A stretch of 64,000 bases of DNA from Klebsormidium nitens (taxonomy: Eukaryota > Plantae > Klebsormidiophyceae). Each line of letters starts with the position of its first letter. The first letter of the stretch is position 1. A program made the translations under genes and the position numbers. The stretch lies in contig DF237357.1 in the NCBI GenBank assembly GCA_000708835.1, positions 1 through 64,000 on the forward strand. Reading direction: 5' to 3'. The notes under the pieces were generated by a model. That model was not told the DNA's origin and searched no databases. It saw only the letters and a list, made by a program, of their open reading frames with translations. Shown here piece after piece: positions 35,833-49,000 of the stretch.

Positions 35833-37032
35833 ACAGGACCACCATCAGGCAGCTACCTGGACGAACTTTGTAGTTCTTGGTCAACTGTCAGCTGCACGAG
35901 CTCTCCGTAGTCACTACGGTATCAATGTCATATTATAAAGATAGTGGCGCGCATTGGGGGCGCCGCAGCCTTCGGCTCCGAGTCCTGACTCCCGAGTCCT
36001 GAGTCCTAGTCCAGGACCGGCGGGCCAGGGCCTGATTCAGCAGTGTGCACATACGTCAGGCATACGTCTGGCAGGCATACGTCAGGATCGAAGTAGCACT
36101 GAGCAGGTTTGATGTCAGTGGCACGTGCGGTAGGTTGCCACCCGGGCATCGAGGCCGACTGTACACAAAAATATGACACCGGTGATAATCAGCCGGGCAT
36201 ACATAAGCGCTGGAGCCTGGCAGCGCTCATGCCCGGGGTAGGTAGCTTGGCCTAAGTTCTGTATCTGGCCGAAATAGCAGCGGCGAGCGCATCTGCCATC
36301 CGGCCGCAAGTGGGCCGCGCCGGTCATGCAAGCCTCGCGCCGGGCGGCCTGCACTTTGCAGCTTCGCCCAGGACCGGACCCCGGTGCTCGCAGGTCACTA
36401 AATATAGACGGCGAATTGACAAGGTTTGCTTCGTACCAACGATGAAGATGGTCGAGCTGCACAAGGACATCCCGGTAAAATCCTTGTCCTAGATCGCTAG
36501 AGTTCTAGGCTAGCCTGCTAGACTCTAGAGCCTAGACCGCTATAGGACCGTCTAATAGCTAGAGAGAGGGTGGACCGTCGACCTCTAGATGCATGTACTT
36601 TTTTTGCGACTTTCCGCAAATAAGTCATCCAACGTGTAATGGGCAATCATTAGTTTCGTCGCGTCATGTCCAACGTACAGTACTTGTTTCTTTGCTGACT
36701 AAAACTGCACTTATAGTACCGGACTGATGCAGTACCTAGTCAACAAGAAGCCGCCAACGTACACCGCCATCGACAAACCCCCAATTCGCGTTTTATGCTC
36801 TCTATGTGCTCGTCAAATCCCGGAGGTGAAGATCGACAAGAGCCACTAATCCGGACCAACCTTGTGCACCTACACCCTCAATGCAAGTGGATACCCGAAA
36901 CGTATTTGACCAATCCGCTGATCATGCAACTACTTGACCATTATGCAGTGCACCTGTACTCACAATTGAGTTTTGACGCTTCCGCTATTGATGACATTCA
37001 CTTACTTACAATGCACCTATACCTGATCTTCG

Positions 37033-40000
37033 TCAAGTCTCCCTCTTCCTGTCTTTAATGACTGATGTCAAAGTTGACACAAGGTCTTTTTGTAGGATGG
37101 GTTTGCTAAGGTAGCCGTCCATGCCGCATGCCAAGCATTTGTCTCTGTCCGACGCCATGGCATGTGCCGTGAGCGCAATGATCGGAGTGTAACGCCCCAA
37201 GCCGGCTTCGGCCTGCCGGATCGCTTCTGTGGCTTGATACCCGTCCACGTTTGGCATCTGGCAAGGAGCAGAGGGGATATAGATGTTATTGTCTGAATTG
37301 TAATTCGTCCTGTAAGTGCAAAGCAATCCGAGGAGGTTCTGACGCAACATCCCACGGTGATGCTTAGATCTTAGGTGGATCTGTTCGCTTGTCTTTTGCC
37401 AGAATATCCGATATGAGGTAAAGTGCATTCTCAATTCCAAAATACACCATCAAGCGCAGCATCTGATCACCAATGTATGTGCCCTGAGCGACCCCCTAGA
37501 CTATGTTCTTTGATGGTGCATTTGTCAGTCTAATTCAATGCAAGCATGTCATGCACAGCTCGGAAACAAACTCGCACACTCAAAGCTGCCGTTCAAAGTC
37601 ATCACGCAGGGTTCTGGAGTCGGTTTAGAACAAGCCCCAATCAGGGATGACATCGGCGGGCGCAGTGGATTATGCTTCTCCTCACCTGACAATCCATCAA
37701 AACCGCATCGAATGCATTTTGATGGTTCGCTTCGCCCGACCCAATGACAGCCGCAGCTGCCTGTTGCCCGTCCTCAACGCAATGCACCGACGCTCCCAGC
37801 TTTGTCAGCATCTTAACAGCAAGCTTCTGCACAAAGATAACGAGCGACCGGCGTGAATACAATGAACGCCCACGTTTCGTGGTGAGAGGATAATTTGATA
37901 AGCGTTCATTGCGGAAGGACGGAAAATGACTGCATGGAATTGGCGAGACTCGCACAGGCTGCGAGGCAGATGCTCCGATGCGCTCGGGTTCCTAAGGGGG
38001 GTCGCGAGCGAACACTGGCTCCTGTCCGAAGTCATGCCTATTAGTGGTTTGCAAGGGGCTGCAATGCTCGGGCCCTTGCATGCGTCGGACAATGGAATGC
38101 TGACTCCGTTGCAAATGTCTGGCACTCAATTAAGATTGTCTCCTATTCAGCACACTGAATGGACGGTCTTCGGGGCGAAACCCCTTGCCCCGAGACATTC
38201 CGAACCAAAACAAACGCTGGGTCCTTCTGGATTTTGCAAACAAAGGGTGACCGCCTACAAGAGCCTTCTACTGATGAAAAGCAAGCCCAGATTAAAGAAT
38301 CTCATCCATTCAGAGACACCACTCACCTGCAAGATGGGCGTATCTTCAGCGACAAGGACTCGCAGGCCGGCCAGGGGTTGCGACTGCGCACGTCGGAGAG
38401 GGGTCTGACGCCCGCCTGCTGCTAAGCTTGACGCCTCGGCATGGGACGAGGACCTCGGAGCTGGCTTTAAGTGTGTGCCTAAAGCTCCTCCTAGAGGCGA
38501 TATTAGCGGTGATGTAGGGAGAAGGCTCGAAGTTTCCGTAAATCTTGAGGAGTCGCTTCCAGCACTTAGTTCTGAAGCCGTGTCGGCTCCGGAAACGGCT
38601 CCGAATACGTTACGGTTCTCTAGGGGAAGCGTCTCTTCGTGCTGAGACTCGGGAGTGTTGCAGAAAGGCGAAGCGCCTGACCGGGCGATCATCAAGCGAA
38701 GGAGAGTTGAGAGGCGGGTATTGTAGAGAGGTTTGCTTGCAACGGGGAAGGCGGACTTCAGCAGCTGCGAAAGACAAAAAGACAAAATATGATAAGTTGC
38801 GATTTCTCGGCTTTTACACCGTGAATATATTTGGACAACTTTGGAGAGAAAACGATTTCCTTGGACAAGACTGAGGATACAGGGCGGATGGTCACAACAC
38901 AGGGTGAATGCTTCTCGTTCAAAATGGATTCTTCATCAATGGAATCGTCTTTGCAGCAACGAGCTTCTTTAGGACAGCAAAAACGCGGTAACGAAAGGGC
39001 TGGAAAGACAGGCTGCGATGGGAGTGGGTGGGTGTTTTGGCTAAAGAGACCCTTCTAGGGGAGAAATGAGTATTGAGGGAGAGACAAGAAGCGAATCCAG
39101 GCAGAGACGAGCTCAACCACTCGGTGCATGACGGAAGATCCTTGAAAGTGCCCACCAGGGAGTAGGCGACTGACGTCAGCAATAGGGATCACAAGCATCC
39201 CACATGTGATTCTCCTTGACAGTTGCTCACCTTTCTGAGAGGACTACGGTCAGCACTAGGGAACAACAAGAACTAGCATTGCCACGTGTGTTCCTTCTTG
39301 ACACTTCCTTACCTAGTGAACAAGACTGCGGACAGTAATAGGGAACAACAAGAAGTAGTATTGCCACATGCGATCCTTCTTGACAGTTACTTACCTGTCT
39401 GACAGGACTGGGGGTAGACGGCGAAGTTAGCCAAGCGATGCTTGCTTTGTGTTGAAGCGCAGACAACTCAGCGAGAAACGCTTGTAAGTTGCGGAGGTCG
39501 CCCAAGATCGCGCCGTCGAGAGCGCTCGCATCAAGAAGCATAAATACCGGCTGTCCCGCTGTAACGGAACAAAGGCGAGAGTTTTAGCTGGACTTGCATA
39601 CTTATCATCAGCCTGGATGTGCAAAGTTGATAATGATCACTGTACGGCAGTTCTGTGTGGATAGAAGAGATACACCAGGAACTGCGCAGAATCCTGGCGC
39701 GCTAACAGCGAAGTTGTAAACTTTCCGGCTTCGCCCAGGTGGCCACATCCGCACAGAAGATCAAGATCGGCATCTCAAATGACTGGTCCGTCACTGACTT
39801 CGACCTTGTCTGCTTAGCATTCACCGAGCGTCTTGGTAGCGTTTCGAACAACATAAGTGTAGAGATTTGTCAAAAGAAGATGTGTCACACGGATGATCGG
39901 GTCGCAAGCACCGAAGCTAAATAACTTGCGCATTCCAATCATTGCTTACCTTCCACATCATGACCGGCAAGAAGCTCCGACGGGTGTGCTCCCAGCGTTC

Positions 40001-43000
40001 GTACCGTTTGCACAGTCAGCCCCTGGGCCGTCAGGTACCTGGAAAGAAGCAGCAGACCGACACGATAAGCGATCGCGTATACAAATTATTCAAGATTGCT
40101 GGGCCGGCTCCAATTGATCAATAACCTCGTCGCACCTTGGACGACCGTGCACCAATTCGCTCAAAAGATATGACGACCCGGATCCTGATCTCAAGGTCGG
40201 TCAGCACGTTTGACGAATCAGCAAGGCAGAGTCAACGCGAGCGTCCTCTTACGGAGCCCTATTTCTGCCGTCCATACGCGGATCTTGCTGGACTTTGATT
40301 CCGTGCCGCTACTGTCAGAGGGGCTCCCGTGACTTGCACATGAGAACTATTGATAACCATAGTTGAGCTACCCCGCCTGAGAAAGAAGCCGCTGGCGCCT
40401 TCACACAAGGCATTTTTGGTCCAAGCACGGACGATATGCAAAGCTTTTAGGAAACTGCCAGACCAATAACGGCTTTTATTAATTAAAAAGATACCAAACG
40501 CCAAGGTGGGCCCGCCAACCCAACCAAAACCTCCTAGCACTTCACATTTCTTGTGTCAAGGCGACCAACCTTTCGGCAATGCCACGCCCGACGTCGCCCT
40601 CCATCGCCAGAAACACGTGGCCCTCTCTGACGTCATCCAGGCTTGTTCCCGGCTGTTCCGCTGCCGTTTCTGACTCCTCAAAGTAGATGGTGAACCGCAT
40701 CAGCGTACCCGGCCCGTCCTTGTCTACGATCTGGATGTCTCCACCCATCATTCGAACTGCAAATGAACGAACGAACTTTCAGGGTTCGGATACATTGACA
40801 AATGCACAATCCCACGTTGAGACACAATGGTGAAACCCTGAAGAAGGAATCTAGTCTTGCCGTTGCCCTGAATAAGCTGAGATCTGTTCGTGCATGATTG
40901 AGCATGAGCCCCAGACCTACCAAAGCTTTCCGAGTGAGAAAAATCATCCACTTATCGTGGGGCGGAACGAGCCCCACGACACGAGTATGATGCTCAATGA
41001 CGGGCTTGCTGCCCAAATGGCAACAGGCCCCGGAAAAGCATTTCAGCCAAGGCGTCAAAACGGCCCTTGTCCTTACCAAAGTGGACTTTGACAGAAGCAC
41101 CATATTCCTGCATCCTTTGACTGACCCTTGAGCACTCACTGCAGCTTGCCTTCCATTCTCTTTCGCATACGCCGGTGCTTCGACACGTACACTTACGCAA
41201 AGGAGTCTCCAAACTTGCACAGGATGGTCTACTTTGGCCGTAACTTTTGTCAGAAGCTCTGCAACCAGATGCTTGGGCCCTTTGACCAAAACTCACCAAG
41301 CGACCGAACGATGCCCAGTCCAAGCCCCGTCCCGCCATGCGTTCGCGTGGTAGAGGAATCTGCGACCAAAGCAGCAGTCGGGTTTGAGCTCCCGCATCGA
41401 TGCGCTTTCTTGTTCGCTAGCCGCAGGTTTGAAAGACCTTTCCAGAACGGAGCTCAAGCGGTAAGAAGAAAAGTCCCTTTCGACTGAGGCTGGCATGGGG
41501 TGAGAAGTGTGTACGCAACGTGTGATGGTGTGTCGTCTTTGTTTGCAGGGGTAGACAGTTGCCTAGGCTTGAGACGCCGTCTCAAAGAGGCTGCCTTCGT
41601 CCCTGCACGTCTTTCAACAAATACCCGCCGAAAGATGCTTTGTGACAACCAAGTGCACGCGCTCGTGACAAAAGCTCGCGATTCTGCCACCTCAGAGAAG
41701 GGAAAAAGCAGCGGAATCCAGCCATTCGATACCTGCAGTCAATCCGACTTCCCTCAGATCTCCTTAACATTTTCCAGGTTTTAAATCTTACCCTGAGCGC
41801 TCTTGCTGACGAAAAATCATTTCGATGGCTTCTGTAGCGGACACCTTCATGAAACAGAGATAAGACCAACCCATTCATGACCCAAGGGCTTCGAACAGAT
41901 ACAACCGTTCCGTCGTTGTTGACTAGTAGAGGAGTCTTTCATAAGAAGCAATCTCCAAGGTTTTTCGACCTAAAGAAAGGCGCACACGTGGACACGACCT
42001 TCTCACCGGCTTGCACGAAGTTCTCAAACACCTTCTCCCGCTTTTCCGGGGGGATCCCTATCCCGCTGTCGTCCACCTCAAAAGTGTACCCCCTTTTCGC
42101 CGCGGAAGGAACCGGGGGAGCCGATTTTGGGGATGGGGAGCAGGGCGAAAACCACCCGCCGTTTTCTCGGGGGGTCTTTGCGTTGGGCGAGTCGGGGGGG
42201 CCGGCAGGCGCAAGCTCGGTTTGGGGAAAGGGGATGGGCCATGCCCTGGGAACAAGAGAGCAGGAGAAAGGGTGAGACAAAGAAGGCAAAAGGAAGGAGA
42301 CGAACACAGAACACAGAACGACGAGACAGGCAAGACAATGACAAGCAATTGATTGAAACAGGAGGTGAGCAACCCTTTCAACGGCACGGACAAAGACGGA
42401 ACAGACTTCAGCGTGACGCAATGAACGCAAGGCTTTGACCGGCAACTCGCGAAACGGAGAAGGAAAGAGGGAGTAGCGGAGAAAGGGTTGCATCAAGGTC
42501 AGCGATCTCAGATATACGAAGGTGCCCACCTGACGAGAATGTGCCCGCCAACCGACGAGAACTTGACGGCGTTCGACAGCAGATTGACGACCACTTGTCG
42601 CACCCGAGCCTGGTCGCCTTTCACTAACCGGTCCATGTCCCCGGGCAAATCAAGACCAATTTCAATACCTTTCTTGCTACATTGCACCGCGAACATGTCG
42701 ACAATGGACTCGAGCTCGGCCGTGATGTCGAAGTCGGCCTTCTCTAATTCTAGACGCCCCGCTTCGATCTGCGAGGAAATGAGATAGGGTGTGAAAACTT
42801 TACAGGTCCAAAATGTAATGAGGACCGGCCAGACCTTCCCGTCTAACTTTTGTAAGTGTTGGGAATGAGAAGTTCACTGGTTCAAAAGGTTCAAAAGGTT
42901 GAGACTCTATAGACTGATGCTTCAAGGTTCGCAAGCTTTGAAGGGCGCTTAAATAAGTAGGACTACTGCAAGCCTCATCGATTTCGGACGACTTGTACCT

Positions 43001-46000
43001 ACTGAAGAAATGCAACCACTGGATCCGCAGGAGTTAGCCACGGAGACAGAAAATGCCTTGTCACGCAAGACGGACAGTCGGCCAAGAACAAGTCTCCCAT
43101 GTCGAGGACCATGCCATCGCTCTTTAATACGGGTGAGTGAAGCTGAGTCAGTCTGCAGATCTATAACCAGGAAAAGGTGATGCAGAACGCAGTCACAGCC
43201 AGAAGTCTAAACCTTTCTACCAACCTGCCTAGCTCGCTGTCAAGCGAGCAGCCTCAGAACTACTAAATTTTGTACCATGGTCCAATGGTATTTTTCATTA
43301 TAGCAGATCCACGAAGATCTTGCAGCGTTGGCTTCTCAAAGCTTCCCAAGCAATCCGTAAAAGTCCGGAAAAGCATTATCAAGGGAACGAAGAGAAGACG
43401 ACAGGACCGTATCCTGTTCCATTCCACAGTTGGCGCGCTGCCTGCGAGTTCCGCTTACCTTTCCGAGATCCAACAAGTTGTTGAGGAGGCCCAAGAGGCT
43501 CGTTGCACACTGCTTGATCTGAGCCACGTTGACCTGTAAGACCCCACAGCAAACGCATCAACACAAGTGATGAGACATGTTAAGATCGCAGTTCCCGACA
43601 CGCATGTTTCAAATGCTGGAACATGTGGAGACTTGACAAACTGCGACGACAAATGAAATCGAGATCGTTCCAGTGAGCGTTGCGAAAAGAATCCGCTAAT
43701 TGGGACTTACGGCCTGTTCTGGCTGGAGCTCTTCAGCTGCTAAGAGGTCCAGCAGCCCCATGATCCCCGCCATTGGAGTCCGCAACTCGTGGGACACGTT
43801 GCTCAGGAACATGCTCTTGGCCTGCACAGCACAATGCCAAGGGAATTAGCAGAAAAGCTTGCTGAGCAAATCAAATCATTGTGCAACAAATCAATGTGCC
43901 CAGAATGAGTCGAGAAGCAGCTTGCTGGGTAGCCAAAGCTTTGCACCAGATCGAAGGCCGTGCCCACTCGGTTGGTAGGACTACTCCGCCAACTTGAGGA
44001 AGGGTTCACTCGTCTCACTGAAGAGAACAGGTTTGAGCTCAAAAGATGCCCCAATCTGACCTAGGAAGGGCAAAGTTCAAACCAATAGTGACGAAAACGG
44101 TCACACATACGGAAGTAGTGGACCTTCAGGAACATCAGCAGAAATGAAGGTAACCGAATCGGATTGGGGCTTCATTGGCAGCTCATTAAAAACCGCTACT
44201 CACCTGACTGTGCGCTTCCGCCCGCCGTTTCGCCGCGTCTAGTTCGGCCTTGAGCTTCACTTCCCTTGAGACGCGCACCGTGAAGAAGACCACCAGTACG
44301 CACCCCAGAGCGAAGATGGCAACGGACAGAGAGACGAGGAAGATCACGGTGGCGCGGCTCCGCTCGTCGATGACCCCCATAATGCTTGTTCTGCAAGAAT
44401 GTCGGCACACATGAGCAAAATAGCCCAACTGCGTGCTCAAAACGAAAGATAGCCGGAGTCGCGCAACTTCGCGCATTGATGACCCCCAAAAAAATTTGCC
44501 CTGCAGAGATATGGGCGCATACTGAGCCAACATGAGTGTCTGCAATCTGGGCACATATTGAGCCAACACGCGTGCCTGATGTTGGGGCCGCTTATAAAAC
44601 CAACATACGTACTTGATATCGAGCGAAACTTGAGCCAGTAACGTGCCTGATATAGAGCGCAGTGACCCCCCGAAGCTGCGTCTCTTGCTGCTTCTGAAAA
44701 TGCAAAGGCAGCAAGAAGTAAAGACGCAAAATGCCTCTACTTACTTCCAAAAAGCAGGTAAATCTCCAAGGACTTCGCTGTGAGTCTGCAATGGACTTCG
44801 AAAATTGCGCAGAACTGGCAGGAAAGACTGCGAGTGACCGTTCCTTACTCAAAACAAGCATCCTTCTCTGCATCACTCTTCTTGAGAGGTTGGTCGCACC
44901 AGACCCGACCAACGTCGTCAATGTCCCAGATCCTTCATCTCAAAACCCGAAGCTGCATAGATAAGATTCAGGATACGCATGACTCGAAAAACTGAAAAGA
45001 AAAAACCGTGTCAATGCGTACCGTGGGATTGCTACCACAGCGACGACCATGAGATTGTTGAGCCGAATAGGCACCGTGTCTACATAATATCGCAACTTGC
45101 CCAGAGTCACGTCAGCAGCTTCCGTCCTAGTAGAGAGCAGGTGCTGCAAACCCCACCTGCAAAGGTGAGCGAAGGGCAGCGGTGAGGTCAGTGTCAAGAT
45201 GGAGATTGAGGGCCGGGTTATGGAGAGGGTTTTCAAAAAGAAAAGAAATTCATTTGGTAATTGACGACCGAATAGTTGTGTCGGTGGCTTCCCTCGGAGT
45301 AAAGAGCAGGTGCTGCATACCCCACCTGGAAAGGTAAGCGAAGTGGCAGCAATGACGTCACTCAAGCCAGGAGTTCGAGGACCGGGTTGTGAAGGAGGTT
45401 ATTGAAAGAAATGGGCAGCAGGGTGTACGAGGTTCGACAACCCAACAGATTTGAATCGGTGCCTTCTGCCGGACGTGCTGCATACCCCACCTGCACTTGT
45501 AGCGAAAGGGCGGCAGTGACAGCATATCGGCTGGAGGTGAAGGACCGGGTTGTGGGGAAGGTGATAACAGAAAGGGGCGAGGCCAGGAAAGAGTACAAAC
45601 GAGGGACTAAACAGTGACACGGGGCTATGCACTCAAGCATCCCTCGCCGCCTTTCAAGTGCCTTCGAGATGGCCTTCCGAGCATTGCAAGACTAGGTGCT
45701 CGTAATGGCAGGTGTACTCTGCAGATTACGAGGAGATAATCTCATATTCTTCTTTCCAACAAAGGAAGACATATTTCCTCCTCATTGACCAGCACTCAAC
45801 CCCTACCGCACGTGCCAGCAACTTTCGAAGCGACCCTTACTGAAAAGTAGTATAACAGAAGATGCCTTCTTGCATCATTGCCCGCCAGCTCCGCTTTTGG
45901 CAACGTCTTCACAAGTTCACGTCATTACATCTCCTAGCTCGATTAGCACGGACCGTACAAAGAAACGAACCAAACTCTCAACAGATCCAGAGCCAGGCAA

Positions 46001-49000
46001 ATCGACCTCGGATGCGATGGAAACGACAACGAGTGGCTCCAACCACCTGCTCGGGCCCCTTTTGATGTGTCCGCAAAGCACTTAAGTTTTCACAGTAGCA
46101 ACATACGTTAACCGGTATGCAACTTCTGTCAGAACGCTGATTAATCGGATGGAGGCTGCCGACAAACTTCAGCAGCAGCAGCGACAAAGTTCTAACGACA
46201 GGCGCCCAGGACCAACAACAAGATTCTTGCATCCAGCTCAGCGTCAAAATATCTCGGAGCAAGCTCATGCTCTTTGAAGCAAGGCCGGAAGATGCTTACG
46301 TCTCCGTCACGAAAGCCTCTGCAGCCCGAACAGTAGGGTTTAATGACTCGTTGGCCCTCCGCAGGCGACCTCCTATCAGAAAGTCGTCGATCGGCCCCGA
46401 TTTCGCGAGCAGAACGTCGTCGGCCGTTTTGAAGTACAATACTCCTGATGAACGAGGAGGCAAAACGTGAGGAGGCAGAATAGTTAGTCAGCAGGACGTT
46501 TCAATTTTGGTCTGCAAGCATCAGGGAGAGTAACGGTGCAAGCCTCAGCTTGGTGGGGATTCTTTCAGGGGGTCAAGGGTGGGTACAGGTCCGGAGCAAC
46601 CCGATCGATGTAGTGAACAGTAACGGCCAGTGAACAGCAACGGAGACGGGTAGGGTCAGTTAGGGGGTTAGGGTGGGAACGGGTGCAGAGCGGTTGATCT
46701 TTTAGATTAGGGTTTCCATTGACGCAGAAGGCTTACTGTTCACTGGGCTTATTGCTCACGAAATTGAGGAATGCTCCCGAAGCAGGTGGATACAAGGGTT
46801 GCTGCTTTTAGTGTAGGGTTTCGCTTCTGTTCGTGTCTAAGGTGAGGAGCTTCATGATTGAGATGTTATGCAAAACACAGCGTTGATCATGCGGTGGAAG
46901 GGGTTGAAACTTGCAGAGTGACAGGTTGAGTAGGTTTAGGAGATGAAAAATACTAGCAGGCTTCCAACCATAAAGAAAAGCCAACGGCACCGGGCCACCA
47001 AGCTTCTTCATGAAGAACGTTCATAGATTTAAAGTGGCAGTATAATGGTACTGCTCTTCAACTCTGTCCTCACAGAATCTCGAAAAGAGCCGATAGTGAA
47101 AGGGGATGAAAGCAGGCAGTCGCTATTAAACAGCACTTGATTCAAGGAGGGAGGGACGGGCATCACTTACCCCCTTTGAGGTCGAATAGTGAACTGTAGT
47201 CGCTCAGGTCTCTGAGCGCCTGCGAAACGGCGTTGACCCCCAGGAAAGTCCCAGACACGTTGTCCCTCAGGGGAGTGGAAGCGACCATAACGGGAAACTG
47301 CTGATCTGAGTAGAGAGTGCTCCAAAACACGTCCCCAGCGGACAGATTGTGAGCGCCTGTGTAGTACGGTCTCAGCCGCTTGTCGGGAACGGTCTCAAAC
47401 GGTGCGGCTTGCCCCAGACGCTGGCCATTGGCGTCAAGGGAGACTTTGTAAGCCATTTGCCACCCCCCGAGGGGCGTACTGCAGAGCATACGAGGATAGA
47501 GATGAGGGGAAGTGCGCAATGGGGCGACTCTGTGCACCAAACGGCAGAAAGGAAAGAGAGAAGGTGAAGTCGAGGAGAGCTTTGTAGGCCATTTGCCACC
47601 CCCCCAGGGGCGTGCTGCAGAGCATACGAGGTTAGAGATGAAGAGAAGTGCGCAGTAGGGCGAATTGTGCACAAAACGAGGGGAGGAAAGTTGGCCAGTA
47701 GAGTCAAAGGTTACTTTGTACAGTTTGCCATTCGACCACCCCTTAGGGGCGTGCTGCAGGGACCAAGGTCCAAAAATGGAAAGGGAGTCCTCAGGAAGGC
47801 GCATTTGTGCGGGATACGGAAGAGAGAAAAAGTTGGCCAGTGGAGTGGAGGGAGACTTTGTAGGCCATTCGCGATTCCCCCCAAGCGTGCTGCAGAGCTT
47901 AAAAAATGAGGGGAATGATGCTCTGTAGAGCGCGTTTGTGCACAATGCGGAGGTAAGAATAACTGGCCAGCGGAGTTGAGGGAGACTTTGTAGGCCATTT
48001 GTCACCCCCCCAAGGGAAGTACTACAGAATGTCAAAAAAGACACCAATAGGAGGGGAGTGCTCTGTAGGATGTACTTCCTTCCAAGGATCAGAAGAGAAT
48101 GACGAGTCTGCACTGCTGAGTACAGCGGGGCAGTCTGTTCTGCCAACGCCGCAGCTCAATCCCGGTATAAGAATCAAGATTTCATATGAATGTATCGGTG
48201 CTGTCTCTGATGTTTCTACCTGTCTTCCGGTCCGCACGCAAAGATGTTCCCAAGGGATGTAGTTCACTGCTTGCTTATGTTATATGAGTAATTCCTGCGC
48301 TGCTATGGAGCTTGGTGTCTCCTTTTAATTCCTGCTCTGAAAGAGGCGGGCCATCAGGCTCTTTGAGAGATTCTGACAGCTTTTAGAAAGTCTTTTACCA
48401 GCACAGCATTGTCATGTCCACTCAACATCTGCAACGCAATTCCTTTCGGACTAACAAGTCCCTCAGCTTCTGGCACAAGTCTGACAACTTTCATCGACCG
48501 TTCCGCTCTAGCATACTTGGCAACAGAGAGAACCTGTGCACATCCAGATCGTAGAATCAACTCACGTCGTGTTTGAGAAGACCTCTGTGTATCTCCGCAC
48601 CCCGGATACTGTTTCTGGATTCACGTAAGAGTACTTGCCCGACCCATCATGCGTTGAACACTTCAGATCGTAGTTCCGGTTGGATACGACACCCCAGACT
48701 TGCCTCCGCATCTGGAAAACAAGCATAATAGTTGACATCTGGCTTTCATACAAGTATTGGGCTGTATGGCCGCACCTATGTGTGAACCTGTGCTCAAGTG
48801 AAAGCGGTTTGCCCCTCAAAACGTATTTCTGAAAGCTAGCTCCTCGAGTGCCACAGTCTAGGCTTAGCGTGAGGACCCTCTTCTTCTCGGCCAATTTTCT
48901 GATCATAGTAAAAGTTTGATTGTTAGCGAAAGCTATCTTTACAAATCAATAAGCCACTGTCCTCAAAGACGGGCCGGGTGCAATGAGGCTGAGACCTTTA

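Noticed and set aside
47440-48035. CRISPR-like regularly spaced repeats (also 58880-59460)
   Set aside because: The repeats are degenerate copies of the adjacent exon and splice site, the spacers are also mutually similar, there are no cas genes, and the context is eukaryotic.
47163-48146. 327-aa ORF read as one long exon
   Set aside because: Only 47171-47478 fits the spliced kinase model with consistent phases. The upstream part is intron 4 echo sequence whose copies fall in different frames, so the open frame looks incidental.
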